DNA of 64,000 bases, taken from the NCBI GenBank assembly GCA_964187785.1, contig OZ076409.1:54004001-54068000 (forward strand). Reading direction: 5' to 3'. Of the stretch, positions 1 to 12,499 are shown one piece after another (the stretch's first letter is position 1; every line of letters begins with the position of its first letter). The DNA is from Amphiscolops sp. MND2022 (taxonomy: Eukaryota). The notes under the pieces are model-generated. The model was given only the letters and a program-made list of their open reading frames with translations, made no database searches and was not told the origin of the DNA. The translations under genes and the position numbers were made by a program.

Positions 1-1140
1 TTCGAAACATTTTCTCTCCTTGCTGAGAAAGGCTACTGCAAACAATTGTCTTTTGAACATTCTTTACGAACTGGAAGACTTTGCTATCTCAAAAATATTA
101 GCACCAGAAGACCGAAAGATTGTTATGATTGAAATTAATCCTGTGTATTTCGTTTTGCTCACGAAAACCAGGCGGTTGCTTTGCAAACTGGAACATCAAT
201 ACTACAAGACGCCCGCTGAGCAACGAGATATTTTCTGCCCCAAACTGTTCTACAACTACATAAATTTGAGGGCCAAGAATACCCAATGCTTATGAAAATG
301 CAAAAAAATTCGCAGAAACTAGATCCTTTGCAAGTTTAGTAAAGCTGAGCAATCCCTGTTTGTTAAATTAATGCACATAGTTTCACCAGAAGTGTCAAAC
401 ATTGGAAATAGTTTCGACAACTTTGGGGTCAATATTGAACTTTTTCAACAGAAATCTACAGATGTCTCTTCAAATATGAGCGTACTGGACACCGAGTTCA
501 GCTGTTGTTGAATATTCACACCATTCTAACCCACGAAGTAGCTCGAAACATTTTCCTTTGAAAGGTGTACCCCATATTTGATGATTTTGCTTGGAGGTTT
601 TTGAATAGTAAATATTGGACAAATGAGATCGAAAGTTGTGTTTTCAAGCAAAGTTTCTGAAAGTTGTGCAAACAAACTTGTCTGATATCTTTTTGAAACA
701 CTACCGGTAGCTACAAGTTACAATCTTGAGCCTACGATAATTTTGATTGAAGTAAAGTTTGGGAAAGTGTCCAGAATTGAGACTATGTTGTCTGAAATAA
801 AGAAAGATCGGAAATTTTGACACCTTTGTTGTAAACTTTATCCCATTTTCCCCCCAATTGCGCTTTGAATACATGAATGTTTAAACTGGAAGTTCTAAAT
901 GACTAACTAAAGTTCTATTTTTCGAGACTAAATGTCACTGGAAATTCTGTTTTTCGGAAATTTTTGTGGGTTGAACAACAATTGAGAATAGTTTGCAAAA
1001 CGAGGTGATTTTTGTTGTTTCAGAGCTTTTAAAGTGTTTTTAAGGCGAATTTCAGCAACAAAATGCAGTTATCGTTTCAGAATTGCCTACTGGAGATACC
1101 CGGATTATTAATTGTTGAGTTTTTGAAACCATTTTCAAAC
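1..1140. repeat. Dispersed repeat, copy 1 (diverged duplicate of 2930-4500)
   Basis: 1-290 aligns by eye with ~2935-3230 (e.g. TTAGCACCAGAAGACCGAAAGATTGTTATGATTGA). 315-1140 aligns with ~3775-4500 (e.g. CACCATTCTAACCCACGAAGTAGCTCGAAACATTTT). No coherent ORF. Confidence 0.8.
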
Positions 1141-1636
1141 CCGAAGTACTAGAAGATGTCAGGTCGTTGATTTTCTTGGCAAGCTTCCGAAGCTGTTGTT
1201 CTTCGCGCACATCTTATTCATTGATACTTCTCAAAAAGTCACGAATCGTTTCAAACGGATGTCTCTTGCTATTTCCATATCATCTTCTTCAAATCTCTGT
1301 AAAAAGATTGCGATTTTTGCACTGCTGTGTAACAACGTTTGAACAATTTCTTGCACGCTACAGACCATAACAATAGCCAAAAACCAGAAAATCTAAAGTC
1401 GACTCTTTAGTTAAGGCTCAAAAAGAGCATAGTTTTATAAATTTGCCTAAAACTTTTTAAATGAAACCTCACGAAGGGTCGAAACACACAAAGGAAGCTC
1501 AGAAAACGCTTCAAAAATTCGTATATAGCATGCTGGGCCACGTGGGAACCCTTTTAGTGAACCTCGGCCTTCTCAAGGAATTTCACTACGGAGTTAACCT
1601 CAGAAGGTTGGCTAGCATTGAACAAATTTATGGTGG

Positions 1637-1985
1637 CTGTATATTGAGAACAAATTGAAAACAAAAAATGAACATTTTGAAGCAGTCTCACAGTGTAGAA
1701 AATTGTAAAAGGAGGGGACCTTTTGAACTTTTTTGACATCCCATTTAATGCAACAAAATTGAAACAGGGGACCCTTTAGTCTTGTCCGGTTTTGTATGTT
1801 ACGTTAGAAGGGGATTAAATGAAAAAATTAACTTAGATGCGTTTCCGCTGGTCGGTCCAGTAGTTTAGTCGTTTCTGTAAAAAGTGTTCACTACGCATAA
1901 ATTTTCCCATCTGACGGAAAAAAAAAGAAAACATTCGCACTGTAACCGTCGCGCTCATTTTGTTAAAATGCGCCGTCTAAAAACG
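1637..1985 (+). repeat. Interspersed repeat with GGGGACCCTTT units (same family as 6800-7440)
   Basis: Shares GGGGACC(C)TTT units, the GGT..GTATGTTACG motif and the GCGCCG(T/A)CTAAAAA end with 6800-7440. Confidence 0.55.
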
Positions 1986-2305
1986 ACTCAGGAGCAAAGT
2001 TACGACTCGGAATTTCTCAAGTGACAACCTTAAAGTTATGTCTTGACACGATCTGAAAAGCCAGATGTTTGGATAAAGCGAGATAAATCCTATCTGTAAT
2101 GCGGGACAGATACAATACTTTTTGATCGTGAAGTCTAAAAGTGTTGTAGCGTGTTTGAAAACAGTGAAATACTCCGTCTTAACGAAGAATCAGTTTATCT
2201 GGTGGGTTTCCGCAGTATCAACTAGTCATCTAAGACTGCTCACAGCCATGAAATTGGTAGAGAAGCTACAGAGAATTTAACTTAACAATGAAGTTCGAAC
2301 ACTGT

Positions 2306-2307
<2 letters not shown>

Positions 2308-2376
<69 letters not shown>
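2308..2376. repeat. (CAG)23 microsatellite
   Basis: Perfect trinucleotide run of 69 nt. Confidence 0.98.
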
Positions 2377-2377
<1 letters not shown>

Positions 2378-2929
2378 TGAGATAATCGAGGGAAGATCAC
2401 CGAAATATAAACATAAACAAGGGTCCTAAATTGCATTCCAAGCACGTCCATTGGGTTGTCTCGAGCCTTTTTATGAATTTTGCTCTCAGTTGACACTTTC
2501 TAGTTGTTTCATGACAGAGTGTAATAATTCGAGTTCGAGAAAAAAGTTTTTAAATTGTAATCAGTTCTCAAGACTTTCACGTCGTCACATATGTACGGTG
2601 TACGGTAACTCTGACATTACACGAGAGCACAAAACGTATCGAAAACTCTCCATTGTTTCAATAAGCTCTATCACTGATGAAAATTAAAGAAACTAGGTAT
2701 CGTCATTAAGCCTGTCGCTATTCAAAATTTCAAGGATTTTATAACCTTTGAGACCTTGACAGTTCTTGTTTTTTATCTTGACCTCTGGTTTTTTGGCTTT
2801 CTGTTCCCACTTAGGCCTAGGATCGATAAAACTTTGTTCTTATAACTTTCTTTTCTTCTAGGAGACAAGTTTCCTAAAGCTTGAGTCGTGGTGATTCTGG
2901 AAACCATGCGCTTTTCCGCAGAATATTTC

Positions 2930-4500
2930 ATTGAAAACAATTTCTCTCCTTGCTTAGAAAGGCTTCTGCAAACGATTGTCTTTTGAACATTCTTTACGAA
3001 CTGAAAGTCTTTGCTATCTAAAAAATTTTAGCACCAGAAGACCGAAAGATTGTTATGATTGACAAATTAATCCTGTGTATTTCGTTTTGTTCACGAAAAC
3101 CAGGCGGTTGGTTTGCAAACTGGATTATCAATAAAACAAGACGCCCGCTGAGCAGCGAAATAATTTTCCGCCTCAAACTGTTCTACAACTACATAAATTT
3201 GAGGCTCAAGAATAGCCAATACCTCCAAAAACGCAAAGAAGTTCGAAGAAAAAAAGCTTTGATTCATCGTAGCCCATTTTAAAGGAAAGCCCTAATTTCT
3301 GCGATAGCAGGCCACTTTCCGTTTTTTCGGCACTATGCGACTTACCGAGAAACAAAAGTATATAAAATTTTGAAAATAATTTTCGAAAAACATTTATTGC
3401 AGTTTTTAGTTTTTGAGGTTTTCTGTAAAGGAAGTAAATTTCTCGAGTCTTGAAGGTTACATCTTTGTTACTTTTCATCATATGGAACTGACGCTGTTTC
3501 TTATTGGTTGTAGGAATTACCTCCTTTCAGTTTTTCGACTCTGTGCGTCTTTGAGAAACTTTCATTTGGTCAAACAGTGCCTCTTGCTTTCATAGCTGAC
3601 TTCGGCTTGAGGAAAGTAGTTTTGCGAGCTGAAATTCGTTTCACCATCACAGAATTTTACCTGCAAAAATCAAAAAAGTTTTCTTTGTGCTTTCTGTTGG
3701 GCAAAAAGTGCTTTCCCAGTCTCAGGCGTATTTCCTGAGGTAATTTTTGGTACCGAGAAAATGCTAAAAGCATGAAACTAGGTCCTTTGCAAGTTTAGGA
3801 AAGTTGAGCGATTCCAGTTTGGTAAATTATTGCACAAAGTTTCACCAGAAGTGTCAAAAACTGGAAATAGTTCTGACAACTTTGGGGTCAATTTGAGGAA
3901 CTTTCATAACATGAATCTACAGATGTCTCTTCAAATATAAGCGTATTGAACACAGCGTTTAGCTGTTGTTGAATATTTACACCATTCTAACCCACGAAGT
4001 AGCTCGAAACATTTTACTTTGAAAGGTGTAACCCATATCTAGTGAGTTTGCTAGGAGATTTTTGAATATTAGATAAAGGACAGATGAGGTCGAAATTTAC
4101 GTTTTCAAGAAAAGTTTTTGAGAGTTGCGCAAATAAACTGGTCTGATATCTTTTCGAAAAACAACCGTTAGCTACAAGTTTGAACCTTGAGCTTATGATA
4201 TTTCTGATTGAAGAAAATTTTTGGAAAGGGTCCAAAATTGGGAATATGTAGTCTGAAATAAAGAAAGTACGGGAACTTTGACACTTTTGTTGTCAATTTC
4301 ATCCCATTTTGCCCCCAATTGCGTCTTGAATACCTCATTTCGTGGCTTGAACAAAAATTGAGATTAGTTTGTCGAACAACGTGATTTTTTGTTGTTTCAT
4401 AGATTTTAGGGTGCTTTTAAGGCCAATTCCATCAAAAAATGCAGCTATCATTTTAGAATTGTTTACCGGATATACCTGGATTAGTTTTTAAAACCATTTT
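2930..4500. repeat. Dispersed repeat, copy 2 (with ~540 nt absent from copy 1)
   Basis: Direct, diverged similarity to 1-1140. Confidence 0.75.
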
Positions 4501-6661
4501 ATGCGAGGAAGTAGCTTAAAAATTCAACAGATAACTGCCTAAAAAGATAAAAACAATTCTCATTATTTGAGTCATTCGGAGGAAGCTTTTGACCATAAAT
4601 TGGCATTTTCTTTTAAAAAAACGTGCTTCGGACCTAGTTTTATCTTCTCGAGCTATTCGAATTTTTTATTTTACGGAAAGTTGGAAAGTTTCCAATCTCA
4701 AAAAACATTTACAGAAAATTCCAAAAATCGACAAATTTTCGACAAATTTTCGAATTTCTGCGGACAATTTGCACCTATTTTCCAATCGAAGTCTGCAAAT
4801 GTTTCCGTAGTAGCCTAATCGATTATGAGTTCAGTCTTTTTTGAACGTTTGCCAACATTCTGACTCCAAAACAACTCAAAAATTGTACAAAAACGGAGAT
4901 GTTTAAATTTTTTGACTACTTTGGAGTCATTCTGAAGCGTTTTTGAAGCAACGTTCTTTTCAAAAAATGTAATGCATACCTTGTTCATTCGTTGTTGAGT
5001 TGATTGTGTTGAATCTTAGATAAAAATCTTCCGGAAAATGTACAGAAATTGCATCGAAAATGACAAAATTTTCAAGGGTCAATTTGAGGCATTCTTTTTT
5101 CTACAAATTGAATTTATCTCGTGACGAAAATTCACCAAAACAACAAGTTTACTCATATTTTGGGCGTTTTGACCTTATAGTCTACGAATTCCATCGATAT
5201 TTTGACAAAAAATGAACAAAAATAGTGAAAATCGAAATTTTGTCTTTTTTGATGTCAATTCCTGACAGATTGCATTTGAAAAACTGCAATAAACTCTTCA
5301 GAAAAACCTACTGGACAACACATTTTTTCCTTGTTGACCCTTTTGAACGTTCAAATCCACAAAGTCCGACGACAGTTTGGAAGAAAAAGCATAAAATCTT
5401 TGAAAATTGGAAAAATTTGTGATTTTTGCCATTTTCGGTGTCAATTTGAGAGATTTATTTTTGGAAAATGCAGGACTCTTCTAAAACGACTACTAGGCAA
5501 CCAAACCTTTTCCATGTTGACCCCTTAAAACTTTCCAGTCTACGAAGTCCGTCAAAAATTTGACAAAAATGCGAGAAAAATTTGAAAAATGGAAAATTTT
5601 GGGATTTTTGTCATTTTCGGTGTCAATTTGAGATTTTGTTCATTTGGAAAACAGCAATTATCTCTTCTGTAAAGCCTACTGGACAACGAACTAGTGCCTT
5701 GTTGAACGTTTTCAACATTCTAATTCACTATATCTTTCGAAAAATTGCATTAAAACGTGAACAAATTGGAACTTTTTGCTGGTGGTCATTCTTCTTCTTC
5801 CTTGTTGGGGTCATTTTCGGGTCATTCTGGGGTCCTTATGATATGTGGGCGGAAAATATTAAACGCTCGAAGTTCTCACCTTCCATCAAAAAAGTGACAA
5901 CGTCTGACACAGAATCATGAGGCCCAGCAATATAGATGCTAGAACTTCTGGTTATCAAACCCTTAACTGTCTTCATTTGAATCATGATTGTCGTGAAAAG
6001 ATAATTTCGTCAAACGAAAACCACGTCAAACAATATCCTCAATAGTTGAAATTGTCGTCCTTCCAAATTGCCTTCAATTGGAACTGCCGCCATTAGTAAT
6101 AGGCAACACCGTCAATTCAAGTCCTCACTAATCAAAGTTCTTGTCGAGGGATCGAGGGAAGCGCTCTCCTAATGGATTTTTCAACCCAATTTTGTAGAAT
6201 AACAGTTCTTAATGACGATCGATCTGGAAATAAATGTTCGTTTAAAGCAAAAGACTCCGAAAATGTTTTCAAGTATCGTTTTAGGTCTCCGATCAAACAT
6301 CAGCAAATGAATTCAAACCAATGCAATGAAAAAACTACACGCAGACAAAGTAAAGATATTTAAAGATTTTTGAGAAATATTATAAAGTGTCGAGAAGTAT
6401 TTTTAAAATTATTATATTACTTCTTTCAGAAATACCATTTTTTGTAATTTTTGGAGATTCGAACTCGCAATCTGAGAATTGAAAAGGTAGCGCTTCCTTG
6501 TGAATTATTCTTTCAGTTTCTTATTCAGCCTTATTTGCAACGCAACAATTTCAGACAAGACGCCCGCTATGCACCGGGATATTTTCCGCCTTCAATTGGC
6601 TAACAATAGACACTTAATCGAAATTTTCTTTCCTCCTTTGTAGAACGCAATATTAAGTACT

Positions 6662-6760
6662 AGTAACTAAAATAGTCAAGTCACTTAGTTACTTGACTAT
6701 TTTAGTTACTTGGCTATTTTAGTTACTTGACTATTTTAGTTGCTTGGCTATTTTAGTTAA
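6662..6760. repeat. 18-bp tandem repeat (ACTTGRCTATTTTAGTT-like, ~4 copies) preceded by an inverted copy
   Basis: AGTAACTAAAATAGTCAAGT (6662-6681) is the exact reverse complement of ACTTGACTATTTTAGTTACT (6691-6710); tandem units follow. Confidence 0.85.
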
Positions 6761-6799
6761 CTGAATGGAGATCGTGGTGATTTTGCAGAGTTTGTACAA

Positions 6800-7440
6800 A
6801 CAAGCCGGGACCGGCCCAAGTCGGCGCCATATCCAAGGCTCAAAAATAGCAAAAAGACTTCCAAGTGTCAAGTATTCTCTTTTACAGTACTCGAAAATCG
6901 ACATTTTTTCGAAAAAAAAATTTCGAAAAAACTACATACTCAAAAAAATGGACCGAGTGGCGCGCTAAAGTCTCATAATGCCGAAAAACTGAAAGGGGGG
7001 ACCCTTTGAGGTTTTTCAACATCCATTCTGTCGCAAAACATGAAAAAATTGAAGAAAATTTTTTTTATTTTCGGGAAATAATCTCACAATGCCGAAAAAA
7101 ACTGAAAGGGGGGGACCCTTTGGGATTTTCCAACATCCATCTGTCGCAAAACATCAAAAAAAATACAGGGGGACCCTTTGGGGAAAAAAATTTCCGAAAA
7201 AAAATGTCTCGCAGTGCCGAAAAAAAATCAAAGGGGGGACTTTTTGGTCTCGCCCGGTATCGTATGTTACGCGGAAAAACAGGTAAAAGCATTTTGGTCC
7301 AGTTCGCTAGGCCAAATGGTGCAATTTGACACCATAATATTTCGTAAAACTTTTAAGAACTATTTTGGTCAGTTCGTGAGGATAGAAAAAAAAGTCACTA
7401 AAATAGTCGCGTTTCACTTCATGAAGCGCCGACTAAAAAA
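6800..7440 (+). mobile_element. Non-autonomous interspersed repeat with internal GGGGGACCCTTT tandem units
   Basis: Four AAGGGGGG(G)AC(C)CTTT-like units at ~6995, 7108, 7168 and 7232. Ends in AAGCGCCGACTAAAAA, a motif also seen at ~1970 and ~60080. Confidence 0.6.
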
Positions 7441-8773
7441 CGCAACACAGATTACGATTTTCCTCCCATTATATGTGGGCGGAAAATAACAACAACCTGG
7501 GCATATTCGTAGGACTTCAAAGTTCAAGTTCAATTAAGCATAACGGCCATCCTTCTGTTTTTATCTGAACACTAAACAGGCACCAAAAAATGCCGTTCCC
7601 GTTTTGTTTATTTTCAGTCTTCTCAAAGCGTCAACGAAAAGATATTTTCTCGATGCATTTTAGCGCCTCGGGAAAAATGAGGAAAACCTTTGATGAACAG
7701 AAACCTGTTCTTGTTTAGCAACGCGTCTCTAAACGAACCACTTCATTAGGTGTTACATTGAATTCAAGATGCTGAGAGTGTTTGTACAAGTAATGAAATG
7801 CTTTCAAGTGCCCTGATTAACAGTAACCGAACCTATTGTTTCGAGTAGGTTGTATTTGCTCGCTGTGCAGAGCCTCTCATTTTCTTATTTTAATGGGACA
7901 AACATGATTTCTGAGCAGGAGGAGCAGTGGTACTGTCAGTTTGTCTCGTTTTTTGAATGCCCAGAAAGTTTAGTCTCAAATAATATTACAAGGTTAAATT
8001 TCGATTGTTTGCCCCTACCATGCGTGTACATGAGCAGACACTTTTTTCAGGAGTGAAAAGATAGAACGAACAATTGGGGACACTCTTACACTTTACTTGT
8101 TAGTGACTGAATCATTCCCAAGACGTCTTGAAAAGATCCATGTTCTCCCAGCAACAATCAAAAAAGAATCATGGAAAACGAAAAATTCCATGAGTCAAAG
8201 TTTGCTGCAAAATGCCAGCCCAGAGCCATGTATGGTTCTTTGCTGTTCAAATGAACCGTGAAACAGTTTTAGAACTTCAAATAAAATCATTTTTCGAATG
8301 TTTGAGTTTCCATAGAAATGATTCAAACTTCTTTGATCGAAAGCAACGTTGCTATGTTCAGTTTGAGCGTGCTTTCGTTTCACACCACACTCATTGACCA
8401 ATTATAACGAAACTTTAATACTTTGATTTGAGCCAGCTTTGATTTCATCAGCAGGTTCTGATTATGCGTAAGTAATGAAACGTAACGATTGGTTTTCCTG
8501 ACAATACGCAGCATCCATACTAAGTTTCGATTACGCAACAAAAACTCCTTTTCGGTTCCGTTTTCATGATTCACATAGCACTTATCGTTTGATTATCCAA
8601 TTGGTAAGTAGATTCTAGACGTTGTTCTTTTAGCTTTAAGATTGAAATCGTGTGACAGTAGTGAATAATCTGAGGCGCATTTGAATAATTAAAATATGGC
8701 GTGGAGTGAACGTGGGGGGGGGAATGAATAAAAGATGAAATGAACGTGCATTTGGGTGAAATTCGGGTGAATT

Positions 8774-8846
8774 GAACGTGGGGTGAAACGAACGTGGGGT
8801 GAAACGAACGTGGGGTGAAACGAACGTGGGGTGAAACGAACGTGGG
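8774..8846. repeat. 16-bp minisatellite (GAACGTGGGGTGAAAC, ~4.5 copies)
   Basis: Tandem units directly visible, with degenerate copies upstream from ~8700. Confidence 0.9.
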
Positions 8847-9066
8847 TTAAAATTATTTTCAACCCCAGTTTGATACGCAAAAATTTCAACTTTTAATCAC
8901 TGGCAAGCCAAGCGTTTGCATGATATGCGGCGCATTATTTCCCATATTTTTGCATTCATGAGAAAGGGGCCAAATTCTAAAACAATTTTCTAAATAAAAA
9001 CATAATGTTCTGCAAAGTATGCAACGATGTAGTTGATCACTCCATAAGTGTCGATAACCCAGCATG

Positions 9067-9850
9067 TGTGATAGTCCTCTACATCGGATTCTTCATCTGA
9101 ATGTATTGTTACATCTTCGTCTGATTCATTTTGGAATAATGGTTTTGCAGGATGTTTTAAGTCCTTCATTTTTGAAGCTCTAAGAGGATAGTCGTCGCTT
9201 TCACAGTCTGGATTTTCGTTGTTAGATGCGTGAACTCCTATAGATATGTCTATTTTGGATCCCGAAGGTTGTGGATCTTGTATTTCATTAACATCTGACC
9301 TTAGATTTGTTACCGTTGATGCACTTTTGCTGGATTTTATCTCTTTCAGATTTGCTTCTAATTTGTTATCCATTTCTTCTCTCATTTTTTCTATTCTCTC
9401 AGTAATTTTCCGTTCAACGATTTGCGTCCAAATTCGTATCTCATCACTAATTTGGCTGGGCTCTCTTTAGTTGTTTTCTGAATTAGATTCAGCTAAACTT
9501 TATTGAACATTCATACTAGAATTAGTTTAGGTTATATTACCTGTTTCCGGAGAATCAACCCTAGGTCCACTAGTTTCTCTGTCGGGAGTGGGGGTTCCTT
9601 GTATGTATGTCTGCGAAAGATTATTCAAACCTGCCAATCCTGTGAATTCTAAACTGAAATCTTATCTTGTTTCCACCTATTTTGAAAAAATTGCTATGAG
9701 TTAAGGTCGATCTACTCAGCGGATTATCAATAAAGTAACCACCTTCAAAGTTCCTTTCGAATAAATTGTAACATTCGGACCTAACAATGCTTCTTACATC
9801 AAATTCTCCAAAAAATTGTTGGGCCCAATTGTTCAAAACTCTGTTCATTT
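9067..9850 (-). mobile_element. Probable truncated Gypsy LTR carrying a Gag N-terminal-like ORF remnant
   Basis: The acidic, coiled-coil-like ORF 8990-9385 ends ...EDYH at a CA dinucleotide (9067), then changes character. This is the same layout as the LTR-encoded Gag starts of elements A and B. The other boundary was not found. Confidence 0.4.
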
Positions 9851-10468
9851 ATCATGCTTAGCTCACATCATGTATCTAGTGAAAAAGATAACTTGAACCT
9901 ATTCAGGAACGCAATTGCATGAGTTACATGTGGCCATTCAAGTTGCGCAACAACAGTGGAGGAAAAGTTAGATATTTCTGTTTTTTTTTGAAACAAAAAG
10001 GCTAGTTACATCGAAGTGCGTTGGTCATCAATGTTTAACAGTATCCAATACCATGCAGAGTATTATTAGCACGACGTTGAATTTATCAAGGAGGAGGAAG
10101 CCAACTCCGACAGAGTTAGCGATTTGCTGGAGTAAGCATTGGAGACGTCCAACAAACTGGAAAACTGGAATCCAATAACAGCAAAAACTTCTTCCGTCAA
10201 AAAGAAACCAAATGTGTTTCTGGATTCGATTGAATTTCTGAAATCGAATTTAGCCATGGTGATGTTTTATTGCAGACAAACTTTCTAAAATCGAAATTCG
10301 ATTACTTTTTTGATAAAAATTGAAGACCTAACGGCATTTGAAATATACCAGCAAAAGATTTCGAAAATGACCCAAAATTAACTTGTTAATTCAAAGCTTC
10401 TTCCAAAGCTTATCAGAAAATGATGAATTATATTCACATTGGAAGATGTTGCTACACCGCTCTGCAGT

Positions 10469-11709
10469 TGTCGTAAGCACGAGAGTTATTGCTTGTGAGT
10501 CCGTCTTTGGGACGGTCATTGGTTTGTTTGTTCTTAGAATTGTTCCTAGGTTCTAAGTTTTGCAGTTCTCAGCCGGAACGTTCCATCTCTCTTTGGTCAA
10601 TTGTCCCGATCCGGCCAAAACTGCATTTTGGATTTGAGGCAAAATTTGACTACTAATTGCCTCATTTATGGCCCTTTGAATCTGAACACTGACGCTATTC
10701 ATCATTTCATCCATCTCTCGAGATATACGTGAATTTAACTCACTCGACAATCTATTGATCTCAACGCTTGAACACTCCCTGATCGAATTATGGCCTAATT
10801 CGGTATTTGGACTTGGTCCATTATTTCTTGGATTTGGGTGTCCATTTTCATTCTCACCTTCAAATTCATCTCCAAACAAGCTTCCTGGTCTACCGGCCTG
10901 ATTACTATTCACACTTTCATCTCCCTCATTTCTTCCAAAATGGTTTTCGCCTAACATAATGTCCAGGTTTTCAATATCTGATAACATGTCAAGTCCTCTA
11001 GACTTTCTTGCTTTCTTTTGCTTTCTAGTGGTAGGCATCAAGACAGAACCGGGTTGAATAATTCAATTATTAAAACCGGAAAACTGACAAAAGTCGTTGT
11101 ATTATTTCGATCTTTATCAAAGTGAGGGTATGAGATTAATGACCTTTTTACAAGAATATGGCTATATATACTCGTAAAAGGATGACACTCACATTCCATA
11201 AATTCTTTGATCAAGAAAAACATCACATGACTATGGCTTCAACAGGTTATCTGACAAATGCTATTTCAACGTTAGGTAAGTTATTCAGCACTTCAAAGCG
11301 GATATTTTAGGGTGATGTCCCGATTAGGGAAATTCCTAGTTTCGGGGTAGCCCTTAGGAATTCAACATCAAAAGAATGATATTTAAAAGTGTACACAGAC
11401 AGCACCTTCAAGTGTCGTGTTTACAAACATCATCGACATTGTCCTGTCAACAAATACCAATGTCTACTGAAGGAATGCAATAGGCATCTCTTTGGAACGT
11501 ACTTGTGACACGCGCTACCACGCGCCTGTTATTTAACGTGAGTAGGAACTGGATTAAATATTACATGATCAGTTCTGCTTAAGATACTACAGCATTATTA
11601 AAATAACACACTTTCTGGTTATGCGAAAATGGACAAAATCCGGTTTATTAATACAGCACTATAATAAAAGAGGGCAAAAGCCTTATTCGGCTTTTAAGTG
11701 ATCACTAAG
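10469..11709 (-). mobile_element. LTR (solo or gap-truncated) of a Gypsy family related to element B
   Basis: ORF 10553-11041 (MPTTRKQKKARKSRGL...LSSELNSRISREMDEMMNSVS.QIQRAI) is homologous to the Gag N-terminus in the element B LTRs. Ends ...ACGACA at 10469 with no PBS after it. The other end is lost in the N gap. Confidence 0.8.
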
Positions 11710-11909
11710 NNNNNNNNNNNNNNNNNNNNNNNNNNNNNNNNNNNNNNNNNNNNNNNNNNNNNNNNNNNNNNNNNNNNNNNNNNNNNNNNNNNNNNNNNNN
11801 NNNNNNNNNNNNNNNNNNNNNNNNNNNNNNNNNNNNNNNNNNNNNNNNNNNNNNNNNNNNNNNNNNNNNNNNNNNNNNNNNNNNNNNNNNNNNNNNNNNN
11901 NNNNNNNNN
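11710..11909. other. Assembly gap (200 N)
   Basis: Run of N. Confidence 1.
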
Positions 11910-12499
11910 CACCGCTCTGCAGTTTATTTAAGATAAACGATTTTTATAACTAGCTTCAGGCTTATAATTTCTTCAAATACCTGTTTTATCAGTACCTGGA
12001 TTTTCAGACGTACCATAGAAAGAGATGGATTGTTATGGTGTCGATTCTCAAAGTTTGAAACTCCCAAGAATCGAAGAGTAAGCCGAAATAGAATCTTTGA
12101 AGAACTAAACTCAAGTTCTGCAGAATTTTTTTCAGGAAATGGCAATCAACGCCCCAAAGCTGGCTGCACTCTCCAAATATGGCGTTTTAGAGGACATTTC
12201 TGCAAACGTTGAAAGAAGCTTTTCCTACTTCAACATACTTTTTTGCGATGAACGCCGTCCGATGCCAGAAGAAATTTTAAACTCATAGATTTTTCTCTAC
12301 GATAACTTGCAGTTGAAGTACTCTCTGAGAATAGTAAGCTCATGAAAAGAAGGAAAAGATCAATGCATGCTGTAGATCTAAAGTTTACGTTATGGTATCA
12401 AGCTTCTTCAAGTAAAATAAATAGCTGTTGGTGCCCAAATTAAAAATAGCAACAGAATTGTTTATCAACAGTCTTTAAATTGACTCGCTGTTGGTCTTC

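Larger units (their letters stand above)
9900..12300 (+). pseudogene. Decayed hAT-superfamily transposase interrupted by an LTR insertion
   Basis: VRWSSMFNSIQYHAEYY at ~10016 (hAT RW motif). ISANVERSFSYFNILFCDERR at ~12196-12258 (ERxFS catalytic/dimerisation motif). Many stops. Confidence 0.7.

Noticed and set aside
2266..2496. Poly-Leu 76-aa ORF
   Set aside because: Translation artefact of the (CAG)23 microsatellite; no supporting exon context.
7850..8600. Possible decayed coding sequence
   Set aside because: Short ORFs on both strands with no motif I can recognise.
11694..11931. Poly-X ORFs
   Set aside because: Assembly gap.
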